The notes: generated by a model not told the origin, from the sequence alone. A DNA stretch of 32,000 nt from Candidatus Nitrosopumilus koreensis AR1 (GCF_000299365.1 NC_018655.1:960001-992000); one strand, 5' to 3'; numbered from the stretch's first letter, positions 8,888 to 18,089 are shown. Translations and numbers: made by a program.

Positions 8888-8966
8888 AAAAACCAAAATC
8901 TACATTTTTACTTTATTTTCCATTCGAATCTAATGAATTCATATACACTAATGTTGTTGGGAAATT

Positions 8967-9503
8967 ATGAAAGGAGAGTTAATCGAAAACAGAGTGATTG
9001 TTTGGAATATTGAAGATTCACGCAAACTTTTCAGTAATGGATACTATGGAAAACCCATTGGAATTCCAAAACCAAAAATTGAAGAAATTGATGCACCTCT
9101 AGTTTTAGATTTAATTGAGTCATTGTATTTATTAGAAAACAAAAAAATTTCAATATCAAAATCAAAACACAAAGTTTCAGTTGAACAGATGATAGAAATT
9201 TGTAAAAAAGAACATCATGATTTTGATAAAAAATATCTAGTTTACAAAAACTTTAGAGACAAAGGTTACATCATCAATCCTGGAATAAAGTTTGGTTGTG
9301 ATTTTGCAGTTTATGAGAAAGGGCCAGGAATAGATCATGCACCATTCTTAATCCAAGTGTATAATCGAAATGAACCAATAACATCAACAGGAATTGTACT
9401 TGCCGGAAGACTAGCAACAACAGTAAGAAAACAATTCATTTTAGCAATTCCCAAAGGTAAAGACAGTGTTGACTTTTTAGCTTTAGATTGGTGGAAAGCC
9501 TAG
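8967..9503 (+). CDS. endA: tRNA-splicing (intron) endonuclease
   Basis: 178 aa. The C-terminal catalytic domain pattern YKNFRDKGYII..GIKFGCDFAVYEKGPG.DHAPFLIQV is typical of EndA. Confidence 0.8.
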   Translation: MKGELIENRVIVWNIEDSRKLFSNGYYGKPIGIPKPKIEEIDAPLVLDLIESLYLLENKKISISKSKHKVSVEQMIEICKKEHHDFDKKYLVYKNFRDKGYIINPGIKFGCDFAVYEKGPGIDHAPFLIQVYNRNEPITSTGIVLAGRLATTVRKQFILAIPKGKDSVDFLALDWWKA

Positions 9504-9877
9504 ATTGATTTTATGTGACCTGCAATGCGGTCATAAATATCAAAAAGATCTTTTGTGATTCCAAAAGACAAATGATTATCCCATTTACTACGGATTCTTA
9601 CTGCTTTTTCTGTTGGCTCTACATAGATTGTTGCATCTTTTACTGACTGTTTTGCAATCATCTCATTGAGTTCTGTATCAGCATTTAGTTTAGAGGCAAG
9701 ACTTCCAGGTCCATCCCATTCTACTTTTTCAACGGTTTTTGCAGCAAAATGGCCACGTGTTTTTAATTTGGTTTTTGCAACAAAATTACCTACAGATGTT
9801 CCAACATCTTTTCTTACAATGAAGTGTGCTTGATATCTGTCTAGTGCGCCCCAAGGCATTGGATTTGGATCTTGCAT
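9500..9877 (-). CDS. hypothetical protein (125 aa)
   Basis: ATG ORF that starts 2 nt after the stop of the upstream 78-aa ORF, preceded by aggggt (SD-like). No recognised domain. Confidence 0.45.
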   Translation of the reverse strand: MQDPNPMPWGALDRYQAHFIVRKDVGTSVGNFVAKTKLKTRGHFAAKTVEKVEWDGPGSLASKLNADTELNEMIAKQSVKDATIYVEPTEKAVRIRSKWDNHLSFGITKDLFDIYDRIAGHIKSI

Positions 9878-9879
9878 TT

Positions 9880-10116
9880 TTACCCCTTTTGAATAATTTG
9901 AATTACGTCTATGTTGGAGTTCTTGACATCAAGACATCCTCTATTAGTTATCATTCTTGCTGTGTGAGCAAAATATCTACTGTAATAATCACCTTGTTCA
10001 ACATCATCGGTTCCAATTTCTTTGGATTCAGAATCTACACCGATCTCTTTTAGCATACCACTAAATTTCTCAGGCCATGTTTGATAGACAAATGTATCTG
10101 GCTCTGTATCATGCAT
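9880..10116 (-). CDS. hypothetical protein (78 aa)
   Basis: ATG ORF, apparently the first gene of a two-gene unit with 9500..9877. Confidence 0.4.
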   Translation of the reverse strand: MHDTEPDTFVYQTWPEKFSGMLKEIGVDSESKEIGTDDVEQGDYYSRYFAHTARMITNRGCLDVKNSNIDVIQIIQKG

Positions 10117-10174
10117 AAAAAATCATGAATCATACCCACAAATAAAGATTAGTTGTGTATTTGATACATTAGAT

Positions 10175-10567
10175 CTAAATCGTAGTAATTGTTATTTCAT
10201 CAAACAATTCTTCGGCTTTTTTGATAATTCTCTTGTCATCGGCATCAGGTTCTGCAGTAATTAAAACAAGATTCTCTCCAATAGGGACACTAATTATCAG
10301 TTGATTTTTTCTCCTTGAGGCAATATAGTCAATAGGGCCCAGAATGTCATCTAGTTCTTGCCTCATGTTAAAGTCAAGCTGCATCTGCATGTATAGCATC
10401 CTTAACCTCTCATCTGGAAGCAAGGGCGTTATTCCTTTCTTAAAACCTCCTGCAACTAGTCTTCCTAATTCGTTTATGACTCCAACATAACGCACCTTTT
10501 CTTCTTCAAATAATTCAGTACAGGCCTTATCCAATTTCTTAAGATCATCAGCTGAAAGTAGAGCCAT
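10175..10567 (-). CDS. small alpha/beta protein, possibly roadblock/LC7-like; paralog of 28879..29259
   Basis: 130 aa. It aligns by eye with the ORF at 28879..29259: VRYVGVINELGRLVAGG vs IRYIGILDKMGSLVFEK, and LVLITAEPDAD vs IVMITLEPNEN. The fold assignment is inference only. Confidence 0.5.
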   Translation of the reverse strand: MALLSADDLKKLDKACTELFEEEKVRYVGVINELGRLVAGGFKKGITPLLPDERLRMLYMQMQLDFNMRQELDDILGPIDYIASRRKNQLIISVPIGENLVLITAEPDADDKRIIKKAEELFDEITITTI

Positions 10568-10709
10568 AATTCATTTTTGTATGATATTTAATATGTATTT
10601 CAAAAACCTAGTTTTCATTTTTTGTCTATGCAGGAATTCATTTGTTCCAGAGTCAGAATTATGCCAGGATCAATCCAATTAAATATTACAAAAGATTTGA
10701 GACTTTATC

Positions 10710-12476
10710 ATGCTAAAATTCCAAGATAAAGTTGCACTAGTTACAGGAAGTGGAACAGGTATTGGAAAAGCCATCGCAACAAAATTTGTAGAAAATGGTG
10801 CCAGTGTGATCATTCTCGGTCGAAGAAAAGAACCGTTACAAGAAGCTGCAGCAGAACTAGAGGGAAAAATCCCACAAGGAGTAAATGCAACAGTCAAAAT
10901 TTTTGCAGGAGTAGATGTTGCCGATGAGACAGCAATGAATGAAATGTTTGATACCCTAAAAAACGAAGGAGTAAATGTAGATTACATAATTAACAATGCA
11001 GGAGTTTCAGGACCAGTAACGTGTTTTGCAAACGCACCACTAGAGGAATTCAAAAGTACAGTTGGAATCCACTTAACTGGAACGTTTTGGGGTTCTGTGC
11101 AAGCACTAAAAGTTATGAAAGAAGGAGGAAAGATAATCACAATTTCGACATTCTTTACTGAAGAAAGGCCTTTAGAGCAAAGACCTTACAGATTTAGAAG
11201 TCCATATACTGCATCACAAGGGGCAAAGAACAGACTGGCTGAGGCCATGTCATGGGAATTAACAGATAAAGGAATAATATCAATTGCAACAAACCCAGGA
11301 CCAGTTCATTCAGATAGAATTTACAAGACAGTATATCCAAAAGCTGCAGCCGAGTTTATGAGAGTAAGTGGATTTGAAGATTTGAGTCCAGTTGAGGTTG
11401 AAGAGGCAAAAGATGATTTGCTAGAATGCATACAAGCAGAAGGAATAGACAAAGAGGGAGTTGCAAAGACAGCCGAAAAATTAGCAAACGGCAGAGATGT
11501 TGCAAAGTTAACGGAGACATTTACAAATCTATTAACCAAAATTCAAACTATAGCTGAAAAAGTTCAAAACAATACATCTCACATGATTGCAAACAGAGAA
11601 TTTTTGTCACAATCACAAGTTGCAGAATCAGTTCTGAATTTGTGTGATGATGAAATCGCAAAGATTCTAAACGGCAAAGTCATTCCAGGAGACAGAGTAT
11701 TTTATCCAGTAAAACCACACATTGGAACCACAACACCAGGAGTCCATCAACCAGATTTTAGTGGAAAAGCTGTAGTTTTCACTATTGATGGAACAGACAA
11801 AACAGATGCTGAGCGAGTAGAATTCTTGGCGGAACATGTTGAGAAAAATGGTGGTAAAGTTGCATGTTTCATTTCACAATCAACTCCTCAAGAAATTCAG
11901 GATTCTATCAGTGGAAAATTCCACTCACACGTTGTAGATATCAAAAACCCTGAAGAAGTAGAAAGATGGCTAAACACTGCCAAGACAAACATCGGAGACA
12001 TACTAGCAGTAGTTCACGTTACAGGGAAACTACCAGAAGTTGGAAAACTAACAGAATTAACCAGACCAGGATGGGAGGAGTTGGTTGCAAAATTCATCTC
12101 AACTCCAGCAACAGTTGCCCAAAGAGCACTAGAACAGTTTGTGCCAGGTGGAGGAAAAGACCCACGACTCTTCAAAGATACAACAGGGGCCATCATGATA
12201 ATTGGACCAGATTTGCCAATTGGACGTAAAGTAACAGGTACCCAAAGAGCACAAGTTGAAGTTTTCAGAGGAGCACTAAGACCATTTACAACTACAGTTA
12301 ATCAAGAACTAAGTGATGTTCTAAAATCAAAAATCAGGATGTTTACTATTTTCCCAGGTTCTGTTACTGGTTCAGAGCCAGACAATCAAAAAATTGCAGA
12401 TGCATTTAATTTCCTAGTATCTGAAAATGCTGCTTCATCATCTGAAGTAACTTTCTGTGTAGACGAATCAAGATAA
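10710..12476 (+). CDS. two-domain short-chain dehydrogenase/reductase (catalytic SDR + degenerate second Rossmann-like domain)
   Basis: 588 aa. The N-terminus has the classical SDR motif (KVALVTGSGTGIGKAI), NNAG, and Y-x3-K (YTASQGAK). The C-terminal ~250 aa are Rossmann-like but lack the Gly-rich motif. The overall layout resembles the N-terminal half of bifunctional malonyl-CoA reductase. Confidence 0.8.
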   Translation: MLKFQDKVALVTGSGTGIGKAIATKFVENGASVIILGRRKEPLQEAAAELEGKIPQGVNATVKIFAGVDVADETAMNEMFDTLKNEGVNVDYIINNAGVSGPVTCFANAPLEEFKSTVGIHLTGTFWGSVQALKVMKEGGKIITISTFFTEERPLEQRPYRFRSPYTASQGAKNRLAEAMSWELTDKGIISIATNPGPVHSDRIYKTVYPKAAAEFMRVSGFEDLSPVEVEEAKDDLLECIQAEGIDKEGVAKTAEKLANGRDVAKLTETFTNLLTKIQTIAEKVQNNTSHMIANREFLSQSQVAESVLNLCDDEIAKILNGKVIPGDRVFYPVKPHIGTTTPGVHQPDFSGKAVVFTIDGTDKTDAERVEFLAEHVEKNGGKVACFISQSTPQEIQDSISGKFHSHVVDIKNPEEVERWLNTAKTNIGDILAVVHVTGKLPEVGKLTELTRPGWEELVAKFISTPATVAQRALEQFVPGGGKDPRLFKDTTGAIMIIGPDLPIGRKVTGTQRAQVEVFRGALRPFTTTVNQELSDVLKSKIRMFTIFPGSVTGSEPDNQKIADAFNFLVSENAASSSEVTFCVDESR

Positions 12477-12478
12477 GA

Positions 12479-12928
12479 ATGAAGAAGTTTTCTGAATTCA
12501 GAGTAGGAGATTCATTTTATTCTACATGTAGTATTTCAGACAAAGAACTAGAAGAATATCTGAATTTTTCTAGAGTCAGAAACGCGTTCTTAGAAGACAA
12601 GCAAGGTGGAGAGCAAATAGTTTCAGGGCGAGCAATTTTATCAAGAATGGAAGGGGAATTTACAAGACTCAGTCAGATTTATGGAAATCACATTGTTTTT
12701 CTTGGAACAGATGGAGACCCAGATTGGGAAAATAGAAACACACGATTCCTCAAACCATTATACACCGATCAAGTGCTGAAATTAAAATTCACTATTTCAC
12801 AAACAGAAGATATCGACGATGAGTTTGGAAAGATTGCAGTAGACTATGAGGGAACAAACAATGAAGGAGAAATCATTGTACTTTCAAAAAGAAACATCTA
12901 CAGAATCAAAAAAGAGCCTCCACGATAA
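12479..12928 (+). CDS. MaoC-like / hot-dog-fold protein
   Basis: 149 aa. FRVGDSF...SGRAILSRMEG...RFLKPLY...G.IAVDYEGTNNEGEIIV follows the MaoC dehydratase/hot-dog pattern. The ATG lies 2 nt after the SDR stop, which suggests translational coupling. Confidence 0.5.
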   Translation: MKKFSEFRVGDSFYSTCSISDKELEEYLNFSRVRNAFLEDKQGGEQIVSGRAILSRMEGEFTRLSQIYGNHIVFLGTDGDPDWENRNTRFLKPLYTDQVLKLKFTISQTEDIDDEFGKIAVDYEGTNNEGEIIVLSKRNIYRIKKEPPR

Positions 12929-13029
12929 AATCTAACGCAGAATGTGTAGTTAGATAATAGCTAAGTTACTAATTTTTTAGCTGCTTTACAAGCTGATTCT
13001 ATTAACACACAGAACATACATAGTTGTAG

Positions 13030-13215
13030 ATGAGAATGTACAGAAAAGAGCCTGATTACTTGAAAGAGTTTAGCACTGCGGTAGATGAAAACCACACCAT
13101 AGAACACCTAGAAGAATTCATGTCAGATATGGCAAGCGGTTTTCAAAGATGCGAGCACAAGTTTTCCCATAATGGTACCATTTCATGCATAAAATGTGGA
13201 AAAACTATGATGTAA
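13030..13215 (+). CDS. hypothetical small protein with C-terminal Cys/His cluster (61 aa)
   Basis: ATG ORF with C-x-H...C-x2-C near the C-terminus (QRCEHKF...SCIKCGK). Weak call. Confidence 0.3.
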   Translation: MRMYRKEPDYLKEFSTAVDENHTIEHLEEFMSDMASGFQRCEHKFSHNGTISCIKCGKTMM

Positions 13216-13294
13216 TACATGCTTTTAAATCATTTAGAAATACTAGAATAATTTCTTAGTAAATTACTTTAATGAAAAACAACAATTTGAATTC

Positions 13295-13390
13295 ATGATG
13301 AAAAATTATACTTGTTCTAGTTGTTTAGAGAAATTTTCCATTATAGAATTAGAATCTCATTTAAAAAAATACCATTTTTGGAGCAATTAG
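13295..13390 (+). CDS. 31-aa C2H2-like zinc-finger microprotein (paralog of 2331..2423)
   Basis: Sequence MMKNYTCSSCLEKFSIIELESHLKKYHFWSN. It has the same length class, Cys/His spacing and HFW tail as the ORF at 2331..2423. Confidence 0.45.
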   Translation: MMKNYTCSSCLEKFSIIELESHLKKYHFWSN

Positions 13391-14184
13391 AGAGCTTTCA
13401 TGTGTTTATACAGTGCATAAATGATTAGCATAAATGCAGCAGACCAAAGAGAATTGATTGGATGGTTATGCGTAAAAGCCTCTATTGTTTCCAGATAATA
13501 ATAGATAGAGTCAGCTACAGTCCACAAAAATATTCCTAGTGCTAATAACAACCAAGTTTCTTTGAGAACAGAGTGACGAAAAACGCTTACACCTATAACT
13601 GCAAAAGCAAGAGTTACAGATATTCCAATAACAAAGATATTACTATAAGCCAGATCAAATAAAAGCTCATCATAAACTCCCCAAGCTTCATACGCAACTA
13701 CAGTAAAACTGCCAACTGCAACAATTGGAATGATGACAAGTGTGGCTTTCATAGCCGTACTCCATTGGGGTTTGAAGAATCTGGTGTTAAGTGAAAGATG
13801 CAAGATTGCAAAAACATAGTTTGCAGCAAAACCTGCATCAAATGGAGATGGCCAAGGATCAATGTCTAAAACAAACTGTTGATAGTAATACCCAAGGTCA
13901 CCAATAAACCAAGCAAAGAATCCCAATCCCAAAAACAGATATGCTTTTCCAAGCATTTCAGAGCCATGATATTTTTTGGCAACTACGATTGAAAATGCAC
14001 CAACTGTGGCAATGCCAGCCATGTAAAATCCATCTTTTATATCAAAATGAGTGCCCTCAAAAAAGTAAAAACCATAAAGAAGATCAACTATAGTAAGCCC
14101 TACAATTAACGCAATAATCTTGTAATTTATCCCGTGAGAAGTTTGCCCAATAGGGCTGCTGGCAGTTACTCCTTCATTACTCAT
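13387..14184 (-). CDS. integral membrane protein, about 7 TM, with internal duplication
   Basis: 265 aa and very hydrophobic. The motif LGLGFFAWFIGDLGYYY recurs as LALGIFLWTVADSIYYY. It lies 78 nt downstream of the 926-aa gene on the same strand. Confidence 0.6.
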   Translation of the reverse strand: MSNEGVTASSPIGQTSHGINYKIIALIVGLTIVDLLYGFYFFEGTHFDIKDGFYMAGIATVGAFSIVVAKKYHGSEMLGKAYLFLGLGFFAWFIGDLGYYYQQFVLDIDPWPSPFDAGFAANYVFAILHLSLNTRFFKPQWSTAMKATLVIIPIVAVGSFTVVAYEAWGVYDELLFDLAYSNIFVIGISVTLAFAVIGVSVFRHSVLKETWLLLALGIFLWTVADSIYYYLETIEAFTHNHPINSLWSAAFMLIIYALYKHMKAL

Positions 14185-14262
14185 TTGACGGGACTACATA
14201 AGGGATGAATAAATTAGTTTATGTCATCTATTAATTAATGATATTACTTTTATATGAAAAAC

Positions 14263-17043
14263 TTATTCAACGTCAGCAAATTTGGACCAGAAATTTTTCC
14301 AACCATAAGAATAATCAACAGCAGCTCTTGTAGCCAAAGCTATTAACAACATTAAGAATATAGACAAATTTTGTGTCCACCCATCATCAACATACGCAGG
14401 AGACACATATGCATAATGTATTGAAAATATCCATGCAAACATACCTATTATAATATCAAAAACTATCCATTCCAAATAAACAGGAGCATCCCTAACTTCA
14501 TCCCTCATATCATTCCAAGTAAAGATTGTTACCCATGCAGCATCAATGAAAACTAAAACCATCAAAAAACTAAGAAATGCATTAACATCACCTATACTTG
14601 CTGCTAAAAAGTAAACAACAATAGCTTGTAGTAAAATTACTAGAAAATTTACAAAGATTAATGGTTTATTTCCTAAAGTTAATTCCTCAGATGCATTTGC
14701 CGATAAAAAAATAACCCCTTGATGATAAAATAGTATACCAAGAGGAAAAAAACATAATAAAAGAATTATCATGTATTGATAATCTATAAAATTAGATTTT
14801 AGGAAATAATAGTCTGCATGATAGCAGTCATCAGCACCAAATTCCCCACAGTTTGCAGGTAATTGTAATGTATCAATAACAATATCCAAAGAATTTGTTA
14901 ACGCAACTGAAATTATTAGTGCAAAAACTACTCCAAAGAATACAATAGCTTTACCAGCTTTTACACCTTCAGGAAATCCAAATGATTTCACTATGCCGTG
15001 AACTGCACGAATTGTTCTATTTTTGTTCCATGCAACTTCAGTAGGATCTGGTTGAGGTTCTTTTTTCAACCAACTTTTGAATATTTTGTTGTAGTTTTTA
15101 TTTAATTTTTCAGAAATTGGTTCATCAGCTACTTCTATACCAGCATGCCTGTCTTTGTCCTTTTTACCATCCTCTTTCCATTTATAATAAATCGATCCCA
15201 TTGCCCTCCAATCAGAAGTATCCCATTCATTACGATCAATAAGCTTACATTGAATATTGTTAATTTTTTCACGTATCTCTTCATTAGAGTCCACAGTACA
15301 TTCAGGTACGATATCATCAAGATTCACATCAAAATCATTTTCGTCACTAGTCTTAGTACCAAACAATTTGTGCTCTATAGTTTCTATAGAATCAGTTACA
15401 ATAGATTTCAACTTCATTGCATCAACGTTTTTTTCTTGTAGTTCATTTGTACCACTAGTCTTAGTACCAAACAATTTGTGCCCTATAGTTTCTATAGAAT
15501 CAGTTACAATAGATTTCAACTTCATTGCATCAACGTTTTTTTCTTGTAGTTCATTTGTACCACCTGCATAGGGTACAGATAATTTGTTTTCGATAGTTTC
15601 TATAACACCTATTATTGTGGACTCTAAATCAATTCCACCAACATCTTTTTGTTGGGAGTCTTTTTTGACTCTAATTTTTTCAGTGGTGTGTAATTTTGCA
15701 TCTGCCAGAAGCCATCTAGTTGTTGCTTTTTCCAGACCACGTCTAAAATTTATCATCACAGCATAATATGCAACATCATTCTGAATTTTTCGTAGCAATA
15801 TTTTCTTTAATTCTTGAATTTTTTTTCCATCTTCAATGAAAATAGTCAATTCATTTAAAATTGCATCCAAGACTGTTTGATTATTTTCTAAATTCTTAAT
15901 AGACAATAAATTATTTCTAGAACTAAGTTTTCGTATTCGAAGTTTGGTATTTGTTAGTTTGGATTCAGTATCTTTTAATTCCGAAGATTTTAGCTTTTCT
16001 GAATTTGTTTTTAAAGTGTCTAAATCTTCCCCCATTTTTATTTTTATTTTATAATTCTTATCATATTCATTTGATTTATCTTCACGTTCTTTAGTTATTT
16101 TTTTTATTTTTTCATCAATTATTGTTTTTATAGCATCCAAATAATTTTCAGGAGTACTAGTTTTTTTAAATTCATTTTTTAATTTTTCTAAGATAAACAT
16201 TTTTTTCTTCAATACAACAATTTGATCATTGATTTCCTTCAATTCTTTGGTTTTTTTTATTAATTCAACTTTCTTTTCCCCTATATCATTATCAAGATCT
16301 TTGATGTTTTTAGGTTTTATTTTATCCAATTTTTTTTGTAATGTTATAAGATATTTTTCTTTAGCACTCAATTCATTTTGTATTTGTGTCTTAGTCATCT
16401 CCAATTCTTTTTTGATTTCAGAATTACTCATGTCAGGAACTAATTCAGGATTTGCAAAAAGTTCTAAACTACGATCCTTTTTTGGAATGAATTCACCTTC
16501 GTCATCTTTTTCAAAAACAATGCCTCCATCATTTTTATTTTCATAATTAATTTCATTCCATTCAGGCCATAATTTTTCAAATCCAATTTCATAAAACCGG
16601 TAGTCTATTTTTTCAGTAAATACATTATACCATTTTTCATTTTCATCAATAGGTTTCCAATCCAATAGGTCTTCTGTTTTTATCTCAAGTGCTTTTCCAT
16701 CATTAGATTCTTTTTTAAATGTACGACGATAAAATTCCTTTAATTTAGAATAGTCATTCTTGTCATCAACAAATTGAAAAAATTTTAAATCAAATTCAAG
16801 TTTATCATTTGCTAATTTTTCCAACCACGGGGTATATGAGGTATAGCCTTTTCGTGATAAATAGACAGTTAAAATCAAAAGAGACATCGCTATACCAAAT
16901 GCAATGTATATCCTATCTTGATATTCAAATGACTTTAGGTGTTTGTAAATACTTTCTTCTAACTCTATTCCTTCTAGTTCAGGATTTTTTTTTACAATTA
17001 GTTCTTTTGTGGTAACATATTCATGATTAGAAAATTCTAGCAA
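14263..17043 (-). CDS. giant coiled-coil membrane protein (926 aa) with 36-aa tandem repeats
   Basis: Long uninterrupted ORF that starts at TTG. It has one N-terminal TM (IYIAFGIAMSLLILTVYL), about 400 aa of K/E/N-rich heptad-like sequence, two 36-aa repeats, and a C-terminal region with at least 6 hydrophobic helices. No recognisable enzymatic motif. Confidence 0.7.
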   Translation of the reverse strand: MLEFSNHEYVTTKELIVKKNPELEGIELEESIYKHLKSFEYQDRIYIAFGIAMSLLILTVYLSRKGYTSYTPWLEKLANDKLEFDLKFFQFVDDKNDYSKLKEFYRRTFKKESNDGKALEIKTEDLLDWKPIDENEKWYNVFTEKIDYRFYEIGFEKLWPEWNEINYENKNDGGIVFEKDDEGEFIPKKDRSLELFANPELVPDMSNSEIKKELEMTKTQIQNELSAKEKYLITLQKKLDKIKPKNIKDLDNDIGEKKVELIKKTKELKEINDQIVVLKKKMFILEKLKNEFKKTSTPENYLDAIKTIIDEKIKKITKEREDKSNEYDKNYKIKIKMGEDLDTLKTNSEKLKSSELKDTESKLTNTKLRIRKLSSRNNLLSIKNLENNQTVLDAILNELTIFIEDGKKIQELKKILLRKIQNDVAYYAVMINFRRGLEKATTRWLLADAKLHTTEKIRVKKDSQQKDVGGIDLESTIIGVIETIENKLSVPYAGGTNELQEKNVDAMKLKSIVTDSIETIGHKLFGTKTSGTNELQEKNVDAMKLKSIVTDSIETIEHKLFGTKTSDENDFDVNLDDIVPECTVDSNEEIREKINNIQCKLIDRNEWDTSDWRAMGSIYYKWKEDGKKDKDRHAGIEVADEPISEKLNKNYNKIFKSWLKKEPQPDPTEVAWNKNRTIRAVHGIVKSFGFPEGVKAGKAIVFFGVVFALIISVALTNSLDIVIDTLQLPANCGEFGADDCYHADYYFLKSNFIDYQYMIILLLCFFPLGILFYHQGVIFLSANASEELTLGNKPLIFVNFLVILLQAIVVYFLAASIGDVNAFLSFLMVLVFIDAAWVTIFTWNDMRDEVRDAPVYLEWIVFDIIIGMFAWIFSIHYAYVSPAYVDDGWTQNLSIFLMLLIALATRAAVDYSYGWKNFWSKFADVE
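15345..15560. repeat. 2 x 108-nt near-perfect tandem repeat inside the 926-aa gene
   Basis: Copy 1 (15345-15452) and copy 2 (15453-15560) differ at one position (tgtgctctatag vs tgtgccctatag). They encode GTNELQEKNVDAMKLKSIVTDSIETI(G/E)HKLFGTKTS. A degenerate partial copy follows at about 15575-15625. Confidence 0.95.
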
Positions 17044-17242
17044 AATTTCATTTTTTGACGAAGCATGATTATCATCGATTGGAAATACAATAAAAGGTAA
17101 AAAATAAAAAATACTCCAAATAATAAGATAATTTCAATTTTTGTGAACTCAATATCCTCTATATAATTATCCACAAGAATGATGAAAACTAATATGATAA
17201 AACTTTATTCATATGTTACATTTTTCATACAAAAATAACTAC

Positions 17243-18055
17243 TCAAGACAGTTTTGCCTCTTGAAATGGCACACTTTGTTCCCAGCACCATTCAAAATAG
17301 TCACAACACCATTCACGAAACTTTGGATCGGCACTATAAAACATCTGACTCAGATCAATGGTTCCCTCAAGATCAGAGAAAAATACGGCTGCCTCCTTAT
17401 CAGTAACTAAAACAGCAATATCGACATCCTTTTTGATTTTCCTCTTCAAGTTTCCGCTCTGGATGTATTTTTGAAATCCTTTTTCTTCAAAGATTTTTTT
17501 CCGCTCTTCAGGAATTATGACATCGTCTGAAAAAATTGAATGGATTTCAATTTTATTTTTTAATTGCTTTGAAATGACTTCTACAACATCTCCAGAGTAT
17601 GGAACTTCAGACAAAATATTGTAGATGTATTTTTTAGCGTTTTCATGAATTTGACGCCACTTTTCCAAAGTTTTCACATATCCTTTGATATTTTTTTTAT
17701 TTGTTAATGCACCTAGTCTTTGAATAAATTTTGCATCGAGATTTCCCAATGTGTGCTTGCTAAAATATGATTTATTGTCAGAAAAGAAAGTGATAGAAGG
17801 AATTTGAACTAGTACTGCCTTACCATATGTAGTTAAGCTGTAATTTCCATCAGTGTCTTTTTCGATTAATCCAGATTTAGACAGTCGGGACACATTTCTA
17901 TGAATTTCAGGTTTAGTTGCATCCAAAATCTCTGCAAGTTTAGAATTGTTGAGTTTATTTTTTGATAGTTTTTGCAAAATATCTAGTCGCTGTTCACTAG
18001 CTAATTCAAACAATTCAGAAGATATACTTTCAGAATCCCAACTCACAAAAAGCAT
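17243..18055 (-). CDS. winged-HTH (ArsR-like) transcriptional regulator with DUF1724-type C-terminal domain
   Basis: 270 aa. The N-terminal part LFELASEQRLDILQKL...LAEILDATKPEIHRNVSRLSKSGLIEKD is an ArsR-type wHTH. The C-terminal region is shared with the paralog at 27945..28742. Confidence 0.7.
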   Translation of the reverse strand: MLFVSWDSESISSELFELASEQRLDILQKLSKNKLNNSKLAEILDATKPEIHRNVSRLSKSGLIEKDTDGNYSLTTYGKAVLVQIPSITFFSDNKSYFSKHTLGNLDAKFIQRLGALTNKKNIKGYVKTLEKWRQIHENAKKYIYNILSEVPYSGDVVEVISKQLKNKIEIHSIFSDDVIIPEERKKIFEEKGFQKYIQSGNLKRKIKKDVDIAVLVTDKEAAVFFSDLEGTIDLSQMFYSADPKFREWCCDYFEWCWEQSVPFQEAKLS

Positions 18056-18089
18056 GAAAAAAGATCAGACAAAAAGGTTACTATGACAA

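Noticed and set aside
9875-9882. The junction between the 78-aa and 125-aa ORFs on the minus strand could be a frameshifted single gene.
   Set aside because: The downstream ORF has its own ATG 2 nt after the upstream stop, with an aggggt SD-like element in front. This layout is typical of translationally coupled separate genes, and there is no homopolymer at the junction.
12959-12982. Short hairpin AGCTAA...TTAGCT with a T6 loop after the SDR/hot-dog operon, considered as a terminator or small RNA.
   Set aside because: The stem is only 6 bp and AT-rich, and the T-run lies in the loop rather than after the stem. The repeated AGCT tetramers nearby look fortuitous.
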